Positions 48,629 through 62,519 of a stretch of 64,000 nt of DNA are shown piece by piece. Made by a program: the position numbers and the translations under genes. A model generated the notes under the pieces. That model was not told the DNA's origin and made no database searches. It saw nothing but the letters and a program-made list of their open reading frames with translations. Every line of letters starts with the position of its first letter. Positions within the stretch are counted from its first letter, which is position 1. The DNA comes from Felis catus (lineage: Eukaryota), in NCBI RefSeq assembly GCF_018350175.1, contig NC_058368.1:1798001-1862000 (forward strand), written 5' to 3'.

Positions 48629-50109
48629 AAATGGTGACATTCTTAAGAGTAAACTAGGCAGTCCTAATAAAATTATTATTTAACACCTGGAGGGCCTAGC
48701 TGATACAGCAAGGAAAAGGAGTAAGTGCAAAAAACTGGAAAGAAAAGCAAAAAAAAAAAAAAAAAAAAAAAAAAAGATGATTATTTGCAGGTGATATTCA
48801 GAAAAAGAAATCCAAGGAGATTAAACTTAGAACTATTAGAATAGTTATTAGGTAAGGTGGCCAGATATTAAAAACAAACAAACAAAAAACCCCATTGTGA
48901 CGTTTCCTATATACCAACAATGAGGTTAAAATTGGAGCAAAGATCTCACTCCATTAGAGCCTGCCTGGGATTCTTTCTCTCTGCCCCTCCCACACGCGCT
49001 CTCACTCTCAAAATAAATGGATAAGCTTTTTCAAAAAAAGATTTAAAAAATAATAAATGATATAAATGATGACATGGATTAGGAGAAAAGAGAACTTTTT
49101 ATGCACTGTTGGTGGGATCATAAATTGCTACAGCCACTATGGAAATCAGTATACAGAATCCTCAAAAAATTAATAGAATTACCATATGATCCAGCAATTC
49201 TACTTCTGGGAATATATCCAAAGGAAATAAAAACTTAAAAAGATAATCTGCAACCCCATGTTAATAGCACCATTATTTATGACAGACAAGACATGGAAAC
49301 AACCTACGTGTCCATCGACAGATGAATAAAGAAATTACGGTATAGATACACAATGGAATATTTTCCAGCCACTTAAAAAAAATGAGGAAAATCTACCATT
49401 TGTGACAACATGGATAGACCCTGAAGTACTATGCCAAGTGAAATAAGTCAGAAAAAGACGAATACTACATGATCTCATGTAAATGTAGAACCAAAAAACC
49501 CACAAAACACAAAAAAACAAAACCCCACCAAACTCAGAAAAAGATATCAGATTTGTGGTTAGCAGATGTGGGGCAGCGGGTGTGTGTGTGTGTGTGTGTG
49601 TAAATGGTTAGAGGAAGGTGGTCAAAACGTACAAACTTTGAGTTATAAGATACATAAGTACTAGAGAAGTAATGTACAACATGATGACTACAGTTAACAT
49701 TGCTGTGTGATACACAGGAAAGTTATTTGAGATCTGAAGAGTTCTCACCACAAGGAGAAAATTGTCTTTTTATTGTATCTCTATGAGATGATAGATATTA
49801 ACTAATAAACCTGTTGTGGCAACCATTTCACATATATGTAAATCAAACCATCATGCTATACACCTTAAACTTACAAGGGAATGTATGTCAATTATTTCTC
49901 AATAAAACGGGGGAAAAACAGACATAAATAAATATTGCTGGACAAATCCGTTATCCATGAGAACAAAAAGGAAACTGAATCCTTATTTGATACCATATTC
50001 AAAATTAAATTCTAAGATGGTAAAATCATGAAAGGCAAACTTTAAAAACATTTAGAAGAAAACACAGGAAGGATAGGTGTCTGAAACAAGGAACTAATAA
50101 TGCAAATCA

Positions 50110-50211
50110 TTTTTTTTTTTTAAGTAATCTCGACACCCAGTATGGGGCTCAAACTTACTACCCCGAGACCAAGAGCCACAAACTCTACTGACTGAGCCAA
50201 CCAGACACTCC
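50110..50211 (-). mobile_element. Short older CAN-SINE
   Basis: Same short type as 219-328 (TAATCTC.ACACCC...TGGGGCTCAAACT...CTGAGCCA). Confidence 0.78.
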
Positions 50212-50644
50212 TAATAAAAGAAATGACAGTAAGTTCAACTCCACTAAGATGAAGAACATTTGTTCATCAAACAATACCATAAAGTCTACATGCAATATGG
50301 TGTCCAGGATTAGATCCCAGAAAGGAAAAATAACTGGTAGAAATTTGATGAAATCCAAATAAAGACTAAATGTTTAGTTAATAACAATGCATCTAATGTT
50401 AATTTCTTAGTTTTGACAAATGTACCGTGATAATATAACATGGTAATGATAGAAGAAATTAGGTAAAAAGTACTCTTTGCAATTTTCTGTAAATCTAACA
50501 TTAACCCAAGTTAGGAATAAGAAAAAAGGTACCATAAAGTGAAAAGAAGAGCCACAAAACCGGGAGGATAAATCTGCAACAAGTAACTGACAAAAAAAAT
50601 TAGTGTACAGAATATATGAAAAATGTCTACAAAGGAGTAAGAAA

Positions 50645-50871
50645 GGGGCACCTGGGTGGCTCAGTCGGTTAAGCGTCTGACTTTGGCTCAGGTCACGATC
50701 TCGCAGTTTGTAAACTCGAGCCTCATGTCGGGTGCTGACAGCTCAGAGCCTGGAGCCTGCTTCAGATTCTGTGTTTCTCTCTCTCTCTCTCTCTCTCTGC
50801 CCCCCTCCCCTGCTTGCACTCTGTATCTCTCTCTTAAAAATAAATAAACATTAAAAAAAAAAAAAAAAAAA
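50645..50871 (+). mobile_element. CAN-SINE
   Basis: TSD AGTAAGAAA; long poly(A). Confidence 0.94.
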
Positions 50872-51367
50872 GGGCAGTAAGAAAAAAGACAACCTGATAG
50901 GGAAATGGGCAATGGACTGAACAAACATTTCATAAGACTAACCATGGGAATCATATATTTATATAAAGATGTTCAATATTATCAGCACCCAGGAAAGCAA
51001 ATCAAGACCGTATCATATACTTACAAGTTTGGCAAAACTATGATGGTGAAGACATGGATCAATGGGAACTCGCACACACCACTGCTGAACATGTAGTGGG
51101 TCCCATCAGTTCAGCAATCAATTTGAAACTATCTTGTAAAACTGAACATTTACATATCCCAGCATCCAAAAATTCCACTTGGAGGTACCTTAGAAAACCT
51201 CTCCCAAGTATATACTAGTAAACATGCAGAAGAATGTTTACTGTAATGCTGTTTGTAATGGTAAAAAAAAGGGAAACTCCAAAGTTCACTTACAGCAGAA
51301 CAGAGAAAAACTGTGGTATAACACTCACACAACGATACATCCTGTACATAGAAGTGATCAAAATCTT

Positions 51368-51586
51368 TATTTAAAAAATTTTTTTTAATGTTTATCTATT
51401 TTTGAGAGAGAGACAGAGCGTGAGTGGGGGAAGAGCAGAGAGGGAGGGAGAAACAGAATCAGAAGCAGGCTCCAGGCTCTGAACCGTCAGCACAGAGCCC
51501 GATGCGGGGCTCAAACCCACCAACAGTAAGACCATGACCTGAGCTGAAGATGGACACTCAACCGATTGAGCCACCCAGGCACTCCC
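51368..51586 (-). mobile_element. CAN-SINE
   Basis: Reverse head, purine body, T-tail. Confidence 0.93.
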
Positions 51587-53019
51587 AAAATTTTAAAGCA
51601 AGAGAATAGACAACATTCAGAACAGTGGTCACTTCTCTTGCAGGGATGGAAGAGGGGAGCAGCTGGGGCCCCAGGATTAGGATGAACACACTGGTACCAT
51701 CAATGCGGTACTGGTAATGCTACTGGGTTGAGTCACGGGTTCACTCACGGTGATTTCATAATGTTTCAGAACATCATGTTTTATTTTTTATCTGTATCAA
51801 ATATGACATAATAAAATTATCTCTGGTGGTCTGAGGACTAAAAAAGATATATAAAATGAAGAAACACAGCTAAAATGACCATGCAGAGTGCTCGATGGAT
51901 TATTAGCACCGAGAAAAAAGGGTGGTTTTACGCCTTCAACAAAAATATATTGAATGCTGAGAGCGGAGCATTGGAATACAGAGATGAGTAAAATAGTTTC
52001 TTCCCAAAGAAACATCTGTGGCCTGTTTATATACTTAACAAAGCACGTGCTTTGCAGACATCATTTGTTAAGTCTTAACAGTTTATCTTGCCAAAATAAA
52101 CAGACTGGTAACATATCTTAAGAGGAACTTACGGAACAGCATCCTCTGACCTCTAGTACCTCAAAAGGAAGAAGCGGGACATTTTCTAAAAACTATCTTT
52201 GCTGTTCTTTAGTACATATATAATGCACGCTATCATATTTTAATTATTTGTATATAGAAAACTATAAATAAAATGTAAAAGCCTTTCAAGCCTTTTTATT
52301 ATTGAAAGAGCAATAATCCCTCCTATAAAGCCCTGATATTAGACAAGGCAGAAGATCACAGACTGTTAAGAGACTCTATTCACTAGATGGTGATTTAAAA
52401 TAAGAACCCAAAACTTCTAGAGCCTTCTGGTTCCTTTTGGATATCAACACGTAACTCATCAGGCAAAGTGTGAGAAATCTGGTTGATGACAATTGGCAAC
52501 TAAATCTTTCAGTCTAATCATGGAGAACTGAAACCTGACCAAGTGCTTTTTCATACATAATACCTTGGCCCTGCTCCATGACCACTCTGGCCAACACCCA
52601 GCAGCCAAGCCAGAGCACGTGCACAGGGATGACGAAGGAGTCCAAGCTAGACTCTCTGTGCTCATGCCCTAAGTATTGTCAGGCCTGCTGCCAGAAAGGC
52701 TTTGGAAAGGGGCTTAGAGCTTATGAGACTACTTGACCCCACTTTACTCCATTTGGGGATGGAGGGTGCAGAAGGTAATCAAACTACGATAACAGCACTT
52801 ACATTTCAACGCCCATATTTAACTTAGAAGGGTACAGAGGAGTGAATCTGCAGCCCGTCAGCCACAGAAAAACTGCTTTTATGACTGGTAACTATGAATA
52901 TAAAAAAACAGTGGTTAATTTCATTTACGAAAATGTTACCAAATGAGGCTCTCTAAAAAATATATGTATATGTGAATCTGCTCCCCCTTTAACACTGAAT
53001 TTCAGAAGTTAAAATCTAA

Positions 53020-53455
53020 CATGATTACTTGATTCCAACTATATGACATTCTGGAAAAGGCAAAACTATGGAGGTAGTAAAAGATCAGTGGTTTCTAGGG
53101 GTGGGGGAAGGAGGGATGAATAGGTAGAACACGAAGGATTGTTAGAGCCATGAAACTATTGTCTATGATTCTGTAAGAGTGAATACATGTCATTACACAT
53201 TTCTCAACATCCACAAAATACATAACACCAAGAGTGAACTCTAAAGTACATTATGGACTTTGGGGGATAAGGATGTGTCAGTCCTGGTTCCTCAACTGTA
53301 ACAGATGTTTACCACACTGGTGGGGGAGGTTTACAGGAGGGGAGGTTGTGTGCATTTGTAGGGGTGGAGGAGGGTGAAGGATGGGATATGGGAACTCCGT
53401 ATTTTCATTCAATTTCACTGAGAATCTAAAACTGTTCTAAAAAATAATGTATGTG
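53020..53455 (+). mobile_element. L1MC-like 3' end
   Basis: GATTCCAACTATATGACATTCTGGAAAAGGCAAAACTATGGAG...GAATCTAAAACTGTTCTAAAAAATAA. Confidence 0.85.
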
Positions 53456-54551
53456 TTTATTCCTAAAATGAGACATCCTAAAAGTGTGTAAGATAACTCT
53501 TGTACTGAAAATACATCTCATGCTCGAGTAGTTCTAAATTTTATTGTTACATTGCAAACAACTGCAAATCTACTCCTAGCTACAACAGGATTATGGTTAC
53601 TGTCAGGTACTCGGTATGATCCATGCCACTATACTAGATCTGTTTTCTCTGAACAACAAATAAGCAACATGAGAACGCCACATCTTTTTCACGAAATTGA
53701 AAAGTTCTTTCTTTGATCATCAGTATTTTCTTCATATGTAAACGTAAATTACATGAGTTAATAAAAAGAGAAGCGAATGATTCAGACATAAAAAATCCAG
53801 TAAGATGGGCACGGACAATTCACTCTCACGTAGAAAATTTTATTTCTAAGGAATAATCTTTAAGAAGTTCCTTAACCTGATAAGACTTTGCATTCCGTAT
53901 TTCCAGCCTGAGGCTGCTGCTACTATAATTTCTCTTTCAAGGACCTGGGACTGAAAACAAATTAAACAATCAGAGATTATAGAGGCCAGGAAAAAAGTGC
54001 CAGGAACATTGACCAGGAAGTTCACTAGCAGTGTTCGTTTGCAAACATGATAAAAAAAAAATCATTTTGCAGAAATAACTGATGTGACAAAAATGGGTCT
54101 TCAATAAAAGAAGGGGGCAAGAAAACTCCAGATAAATGTAAAGGTTAAAAAAGGGGTTCTATCAATATACGGTTTCTTAATATGGATGGTTGGTATACAG
54201 TTGTTCATTTTATTATTCTTTACAACTTTTATACACATATGAATTTTTTTTTTTTACTTTATATGAAGTATTTCACAGTAAGTTTAAAACATACAGGCAT
54301 TGGTACAACCTCCCAGGTTCCGTGACAGATCAAATAATACATGCACTGCAGAGGGTAAAACATTAAAAAGAAAGGACATACGAAAGATTAAAGACTGAAA
54401 GAGCTGTATTAGTTTATGTTGTTACTCATCTGCTGGAAGTAGATTCTTTTCCTGGGGTACTAGTATTTAAGGCAATTATTGGAAAAAAAAAAACCCCACA
54501 GAATTGTCACAAATGAGGCTTCATGAATTCTATTAAAAATTAGGAAGTCTT

Positions 54552-54779
54552 GGGGCGCCTGGGTGGCGCAGTCGGTTAAGCGTCCGACTTCAGCCAGGTC
54601 ACGATCTCGCGGTCTGTGAGTTCGAGCCCCGCGTCGGGCTCTGGGCTGATGGCTCAGAGCCTGGAGCCTGTTTCCGATTCTGTGTCTCCCTCTCTCTCTG
54701 CCCCTCGCCCGTTCATGCTCTGTCTCTCTCTGTCCCAAAAATAAATAAACGTTGAAAAAAAAAATTTAAAAAAAAAAAA
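54552..54779 (+). mobile_element. Young CAN-SINE (SINEC_Fc)
   Basis: Perfect TSD TAGGAAGTCTT; near-identical to the copy at 11059. Confidence 0.96.
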
Positions 54780-57700
54780 TAGGAAGTCTTTGAATGTTAA
54801 CTGCAAAAGGAATTAATTCATTCTTTTTTTTTTTTTTTCCTAGCCAGTCCTAAAGGCACAGAAATAATTTAACTTCAGAATACCTATGCAGCTGACAGTA
54901 TTCCTGGCTTCTAAAATCCCTCAAGAGGAATTGATTTAGTGGGCAAGTACTGCAGCTGTTAGAAGAATCCTATAGATAGATCACTTAAAAAAGTCTGCCC
55001 CCACAAAACCACCAAGAGTCCAAGCTGCAGTTTGCAGAAAGAGTTTTTGAACATTAAACTCCTCGATCAATAAACTTTCTTCCTTTTGGAAGCGCCTATG
55101 AATTTCCAAATTTTAATGCTGAACAATGTATATGCATCAAGCACCGTGACTGGCACATGGCAGGTGTTCAATAAGTATGTATGGAATTGAATTAATCCAG
55201 CAATAATCCTAGCAGGCCGACGTCTCAGGGACTCGCCTGGCTTACAAGGGGTAGAAGGGCAATCCCTTTTTTCTACCTCACTCTGGCGTTCACTTTTGAA
55301 CTCCTGGCACATCAGATCTGTTTATGCTCCTAATGCTGCATTATTGTTTGAAACAATACAAAGGATACTAAATGGAGTAATAGTTATGACAGTAAGTAAG
55401 CTTTATTCTCAACCATCTACATAGTCTATCTCAAGTGCAAGAATGCTGTAAAATATAAACACTGGATCTGTGCTAGGATTAGCATAGCAAATTGAGAAAA
55501 CCAGAGGTGACTCATAGACAAGTCAGGAAACACTCCATTGGTAAAATTAGGATCCAACCAGGATTAAATGCAACAATGAAATTGTTTTGTAAAGACTTGT
55601 TTTAATAAGAATCTTTATTTAAGATGTAATTGTAGCCAATTTTCTTCCAAATGTCCTAACAGAGGGAAAGCTACTGTTAGTATGAAAAAGAAGTGTACTG
55701 TCCTTTAAACGTGCAAGGTTTAATGCACCTCATCTAATTCCCTCTCTTAACCATTTCAAGCAGATGAAATGAATGCGCATAACAGGAGCTGGACAGCCGT
55801 CTTGCTCTCAACAGTATCACCAATTTATTCATTTCTTCTTTCCTGGCCATCAGGGCCACTGTGTGGGGGGCTGGGATGGCTTTCCAAATGGCCCCATCCT
55901 CTTGCGAGGTTAGGGGAGAGGCTGACTACGTCCGAATATCGTGCTGGCCTCACCATGCCCTCCTGCCCTCCCCCAAAAAGTGACTAATAGCTTTCTCTCT
56001 TATCACGGAAACAGTCCCAAATTTATGCTTCCTGCTTCCAACTTATAATGTGGCTTCCGTGTACTCCTTTTCACTGCATCTCCTCCCCACAAAGTAACTG
56101 TCCACTGGGCAGGGAAACTAGATTTTGAATGAAGAATGTTGAATTCTACCACATTACACTCTGTACTGAACTTCCTACAAGTATCTTTTTCTCCACTGCT
56201 TTGTCCCACACGTCTTGAGATTAGGCTACAGATGTACCGAAAGGTTTTTCTCTGCCAGGTTTACCTACCACCACCTCCTTTACATACCCACCCTCACACA
56301 CCTGTGCACAGCCAGACACACATACATTTCACATGCACTCCAAGTTTAAGTATCGTGCTTGGAAGCTCTGCTCAATTAACTCAACAAGTTCTGCGGCTCC
56401 AGTGATGAACCTACTGGAGGCTGAACTTAAGATTTTCTCTGACAAAAGAAACCAACCGAGTATAAACCGAGTATAGAGTTCAACTCATAGAGTTCGATTT
56501 CACTGAGCTGATTCCAATGGATGTACCAGTAGTATTAACATTTGATGAAACAATCGATATGATATCAACAACTACTGTGTTCGAATTTTAACTTTAAAGG
56601 CAACGGTTCCATGTCTATAGTCCTTTTCACCTCTTCAGTACAGCAATAGACAATAATTTGATTTCTGGGGTGCAGTGAAAAAATTCTTGGCCTCAGGAAG
56701 CCTCAAGTAACACCAGGAAATTTTAACGGCCAACAGAACAACTTGGCTGAAGACTGGAATTACTCTTTTTGAGCACAGACTTTCGGTTTACTTGCCAGTT
56801 GAGGAGCATAAATAACTGTCTTCACCCACAGGCTAAAGCCACCAAGTAAGGACATACTTCATGAAATGCACATTAGTATCAAGAATTTTTCCTCCCACGT
56901 CTATATATTTTTTTCTCGCTGCGGCCACATCATCACCACCAGAGACACAAATTTCAAAAAAGGGAGACAATCTATATGTATTCCTAAGTAAGTATAGTTC
57001 TGAAAAAATGTTCTCACAATGAGACAAAAGTGTATATGCTGAATCTGTTTTCCTACTGGGGAAAAACCTCCTTCACTATTAGAGAAAAGCAGAACATTTC
57101 ACAAAATTAAAATTATGAAGAAAAGTAATATTAAAACTATTACAGCCTGCACAAAACAACAAAACTCAAAAACTTGTCTTACTTGGTAAGACAGTGTTCA
57201 CAATATAGGTAGGTTCTCAATAAATGCTATTATTATGAAGGTTCATTTTTACCATTATTATTCCACATTTTAATGTGCATACCGTACAGGAACTTTCATA
57301 TTGTTAACCCACCCCATAGATCATTAGAAGAAAATAATTATCCTACCTATATCAACATGCTCAAAAAAGGTTAAGCAATTCGTCCAAGATTCTGTAGTTT
57401 ATAATTACTTGGCTCATGACTATACAGTCTCCTTTCAAAGTTCATGACCTTTCTTTCTGAATCACTGACTCTCAAAGCAGTTCTTTTTGTCTCAGTTTTT
57501 CTAGTTTTACTTAAAAGATCATTTACTTATGTATTTTTCCACCTGAGGTCAACGACTATGTATTAGGGACCAGTACTCCAATCACCGGGTACCTAAGGAA
57601 ACAAAAATGATGTGACCCGCGTCCCAGAACTTCCACTCTGGTTTGGCAAGATTTGTTCGCGTAGTTTGGTATTAGCTGCACATTCCCCAGCCTCCCCTCC

Positions 57701-59483
57701 CCCAGCACACACAAGATACATGAAAACCGCACGAGGCTGAGATGACATTTAGGAGGATTTGTTTAGCCTTCTGGCAACTCATGGTGCAGGGGCCTCCCTT
57801 TCGGCCGCCCCCCAGCTTCACCAAACCTCGCCTACCTGGCTGCTCCGAGCAATACCAAGCTTCGGACCAATCTTCCCCCTCTGCCTTTTGAAACAGGTAA
57901 CCAAGTCTTTTAAAACCATTTTTAAATGTCACAAGCAGATCAATTAGAAGAAATTAATAAAAGAAATGAAAGGAACACTTCTGCAGCACACCTTCTTGTG
58001 AAACAAGCACAAATACACCTACTCTGAACGAGTATCTATGCTTGCCACTTTCTAAAATTTCTCAACCAACCTTGACAGAAACATTGTTTTCCAAGTTGTC
58101 AGTCTCCTGGTCAAAATAAATGAATTCTAAACTTAAAATCTGCAAAACAAGAATGATATATATCTTCTAGCAATTCTTCTATAGAATGTTTAGAAACTTC
58201 CTTAACCCACAAACAGAAACTAAAATATAGCTATGTTTCTAAATATGTGATCAACATACTGTTTCATCTATCTGGTTTAGAAGAGAAAACAAACCAAGGG
58301 GGAGAAAGCACAATGAGACCATGTTAAATGAAACCTGAGTTGACTCAGAATTTGTAACAACCTGAAAGGGTTTCGAATAAAGCTGAAATACTTAAAATTG
58401 ACCTATATTTCCATGCATAGAACATAATTTTTCCTCCTGAGAAATTCAAATTTCACATACAATGCCTTTAAACTTCTACTCCTCTACTAACTACATTTTT
58501 TCAAACACACAAATTATCTGCCTGACCTGGTTCCTTTCCACATCAAACCGCTGAAGTGTCCAAGTACATAAATCATTCCCGAGTTCTGTCTTCTGAACAC
58601 CTCTAAAGGGATATGAAAATGCACGGACGTTGCCACACCCCCAACAAAACACAGGATTTCGTGTCTAATACCAATTCTAACAGATACTGACAAATATTCT
58701 TTTTACTCTTACAGTCTTTGAAAGAAATTCACATATTGATTCATAAAAAGAAAAATTCATTTCAACAATTTAAGAACCACTATGGAGGAAAAAATTATTT
58801 CCCATGATTAATGTAGTTATTCACGGTAACTTACAAACACAGCTGTGTCGTCAAGGAGTTTTAGTACATGTTTCCTAAATTAAGTTTTATATCTGGAAAA
58901 TATACATTTGAAAACTTGTACCAAAAAACAGCTTTCGTACTGTTACTGGTCTTAATTTAATGAAAATTAAGTGCCACCAAGATACACTATTAAACCAAAA
59001 AAATTAAAAGAGCACACAGCCTAATCAAAACCAGCATGATTACAATCAAGTGAACCAAATTTTATCTACATAATTTCCAGATAAGTCCAAAATTTTTAAA
59101 TTCTCAAAACAATATAAAATTATAATCACAACCACACTACAATGTTAGCAGCGCCCTTTAAAGTTTTCACTGTTAAAATGGGGTTTCAACATAATCCTTA
59201 ATACAAACGTTTCATTCCATTTCCTATATTCAGACACTAAATTATCTCAAAGTTAAAATCTTGACACCAATAAATTTAATCTACAAAAGTGATTTTAATC
59301 CACAGAAAATTTTAAAGTAACATTTCTAAACACAGATTGCCAAATAATTTTGACATGTAAACAAAAATGCAATTTTAACAATAGCTAGCATTTGCTTCAT
59401 TACTTGTCACGAGAAATGTTGCAGAGGCATTGCAAATTTCCTTGTAAAAAACAGACACAATTTATTTTAAAACAGTCACTCAC

Positions 59484-59658
59484 CACTTCTTCCAATGCAG
59501 CACTTCGCCCAAAAGAACAAGTGAGGTGTGTGAGACAGTTAACAAAGGACGAGAAAAGTTCATTTGGAATGGCAGTTAAAACATTTCGAGGGAACACAGT
59601 TATCAGGTTGCTGATAATGCTGGAGATTCCCACAGCTTCGGAATCTTCTATTTCAATT
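59484..59658 (-). CDS. XPO4: Exportin-4 exon 9
   Basis: (G)IEIEDSEAVGISSIISNLITVFPRNVLTAIPNELFSSFVNCLTHLTCSFGRSAALEEV; 175 nt; TAG| acceptor, GTG|GTGAGT donor. Confidence 0.96.
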
Positions 59659-59908
59659 CTACAAATCAAGTAATGAGTATTATTAAGTGGCAGAAGAAAA
59701 GTACCCCAAACTCATCTCCAAACATGCAAATATTATCACCTATTTGTTTTTCAAGGCATGTCTCTGTGTATTAATTTCAAATTACCCGCATAACTACACT
59801 TTAAAATATAAACAGGGAAAATCACTAGTTTCTTTTTCTCCTCTACGGTTAAACATAAAGAAAAAACTGAAAGCTCTTTTTTCAGTTATAAAGGGCAAGT
59901 ATACCTAC

Positions 59909-60066
59909 CCATTGATAGTATTCAGTAATCCCTCAATGAAGTGTGCTAGATAATCAACTTGTGAGCCTTCATCGGGGAAGATGGGTCCATGAAGAGAAGC
60001 TAACTGGGCAAGGCACTGAAGAGAATCTTGTGCCATATCTGAATCTTCTCTGATTTTTCGATGTAC
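59909..60066 (-). CDS. XPO4: Exportin-4 exon 8 (most 5' exon in the window)
   Basis: VHRKIREDSDMAQDSLQCLAQLASLHGPIFPDEGSQVDYLAHFIEGLLNTIN(G); 158 nt; CAG| acceptor, TGG|GTAGGT donor. Not in the ORF track. Confidence 0.95.
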
Positions 60067-60876
60067 CTGTTAGAAAGAATTACTAATCCATAAAAATAAA
60101 TTCTTCTTTTGTAAGGGTCACGTGTCTATCATGCCGAATGAGGTAAGAGAAAAATTCACTGTAGCTAGTTATTTCTAGAAAATTAATTCCTGAACCTAAC
60201 TAAATTTGAAAATTGCCCCTCAGTCCACTTTACATTACAGGCCATGATTTTTTAAACATATCGAGTAATTTTTAACTGAGGGCTACCTACATTTTGAAAA
60301 TTGAACTGTCTCCAGGATGTTATGACAAAGAGAGAAACAGATGCCAGCCAGTCAGACATACTGCCTTCTTCTAAAAACAGCAACGACGACAGTCATCTGT
60401 ATTATGCTAACTATGCCTAGCTACAGCTTCTTGCTAAAGTTAGCAGACAAGTTCAATCAGGAGTATATAGATGCTGCTTTAGTAGAAGTAAACAGTTGTA
60501 CACTTAGAAAAGCAATTTACCTTTCCATCACCAGACACTCACTCACTCAACTAGTACATAAGCACACTCTTGCATTAACTCTGACATTGCCACAATTTGT
60601 CTGAATCTCATTTTATCCTGTACACACTGCTATGAGTAAGGGCTAAACGTTTTTTTAATTTTACTTAGTCCACTTTAAGCCTCATCTAGATTTTATATCA
60701 GTGATGCAACACTGGTGTGAAACACCTCGTACACGGTATTCTGTTTGAAGGACATCAATTACTGCTCCCTAATTTTACACTGTTATTAATATTCTCAGAT
60801 TTTAAGGACGTTTCATTGCTTAAATCTGACACAATTAATCATAATTAAGGAAAATACACTTAGTAAAGAAATTACA

Positions 60877-61082
60877 GGGGCATCCGGGTGGCTCAGTCGG
60901 CCGAGTGGTTGACTCTTGGGTCATGATCTCAGTTCCTGAGATCGAGCCCTGCGTCGGGGCTCTATGCTGACAGCAGGGAGCCCGTTTGGGATTCTCTCTC
61001 TCTCTCCCTCTCCGCGCCCCTCCCTTGCTCGTGTGTGCTCTCGCTCGCTCTCAAAAATAAATAAACTTGGGAAAAAAAAAAA
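60877..61082 (+). mobile_element. CAN-SINE
   Basis: TSD-like AAGAA.TTA.AGG. Confidence 0.92.
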
Positions 61083-61491
61083 GAACTTATAGGTATTTTT
61101 TAATCTTAATCCACCAACCACATTGATGGCAACCATCTTCTATTTTCCACAAGCATTTGACTTCTCCAGCCCTTCTTTTCTTACACAAATTTCTTTGCTT
61201 TCTGAATGTCACAAAATTTTAAACACTTGTGCTCTATTTGTTTCAAGTTATGTTCACTTCAACTCTGAAATCATTTATAAATTACTTGCAGTTAGAATAT
61301 TTCTTATAAATATTCACAGGTACACTTTTGGTACCCAGGCACACAGCAAACAGGTAATAAACCCTTATTCACTGATTGATTCCATTACTCTTTAAACCTT
61401 GAACTTCTTAAGGCTCTAAGATATTTAAAATACTAAAGAGTTACAAAGTTCATTGAGACACTTGAAATACACCACCCTCTTTGGTCTCCAA

Positions 61492-61843
61492 CAGGGGCTG
61501 GAAAACCCACAGCCGATGGCCGAATCTGGCCTCCTGCTCATGTTTGTATGGCCTGTAGAATGGTTTCTACATACTTATATGGTTGGGAAGAACAAAACCA
61601 AAGAATAACAAAATCTCAAGACATATGACAATTAAACAAAATTCACATTTTGATGGCTGTTACAAAAGTTTTGCAGGAACACTGCCCCGCTTGTTTGTTT
61701 AGGTATCAGCTATGCTGCTTCTGCACTACAAAAGGCTTCTGTACTACAAAGGCAGAGCTGAACAGCTGCCTCAGAGAACAGGTGACCAGCAAAGCCTAAT
61801 GTTTACTACCTGGCCTTTACAGAAAAAGTCTGCCAATGCCTGG
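61492..61843 (+). mobile_element. MER58B-like hAT-Charlie element
   Basis: TIR-like ends CAGGGGCTGGAAAAC and GTCTGCCAATGCCTG; internal TACTACAAAGGCAGAGCTGAACAG..TGGCCTTTACAGAAAAAG. Confidence 0.75.
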
Positions 61844-62519
61844 TCTAGAATAACACAAATGTTTCCCGAAATATGTTCTATTACATTTTAAGTTTTATGT
61901 AGTAAAAGTATAATGCACAAATTCATATAATCTACATTGTCCAGTTCATGAACTTTTGAACACAACTCATTTTTAAGTTCCTTATCTGAAAAGTATAACT
62001 CAATTTCATCATGCTGTTTAACCTAATCAACATTTAAGCATGTTATCCAGGGGTACATTCAACCAATGGATACAATGCAATCTGGGACAATAGAGGGTTT
62101 CTTTTCTACCAATAGAGAGCCAAATGGTTATTCATTACTGGTCCAGAAGTGAGGAATCAAAAGAAATGATGAGTGAAATGGCTAATCTGATGATGTAATA
62201 CAATCAAATAAAAATAAAGAACTACCACAGAGCCTGCATGTACTGTTCAAACTTAATTTATGTTCTCTGAAATGTGAACCATATAAAACTCATGATACAT
62301 AATGATTAGTTCTTGCATAATACAGTAGACTCCTGCCCTTCTTCCAATGTCAGCCTTACAAAGGAGTTCTTCCGCAACGGAACCATGTGACACAAATTAA
62401 AAACTGAATTCATCACCTGAGTAGGGAAAGCAGAGGGCTAAGGAAAGGCAAAGTCTAACAGAACACCCACAGAGGTGAATGGTGAAGCAAGACAAGAATA
62501 AACAGAAGCAAGTCAGTAA

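Larger units (their letters stand above)
48650..51790 (+). mobile_element. Composite of old L1 fragments, including an L1MA-like 3' end (49080-49915) and a SINE 3' fragment (48957-49050)
   Basis: AGAATTACCATATGATCCAGCAATTCTACTTCTGGGAATATATCCAAAGG and ..TGTATGTCAATTATTTCTCAATAAAA; similar to 34640-35575. Confidence 0.82.

Noticed and set aside
34640..49915. Similar blocks at 34.6-35.6 kb and 49.1-49.9 kb as a local segmental duplication
   Set aside because: Both are diverged 3' ends of related L1 elements with unrelated flanks.
2086..54738. Recurring MAQSVKRPTSAQV... and ERERE... peptides as a gene family or repeat array
   Set aside because: They are translations of dispersed CAN-SINEs.
56454..56496. 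Short tandem duplications AACCGAGTAT x2 and ATAGAGTTC x2
   Set aside because: Consistent with ordinary slippage micro-duplications; no array structure.
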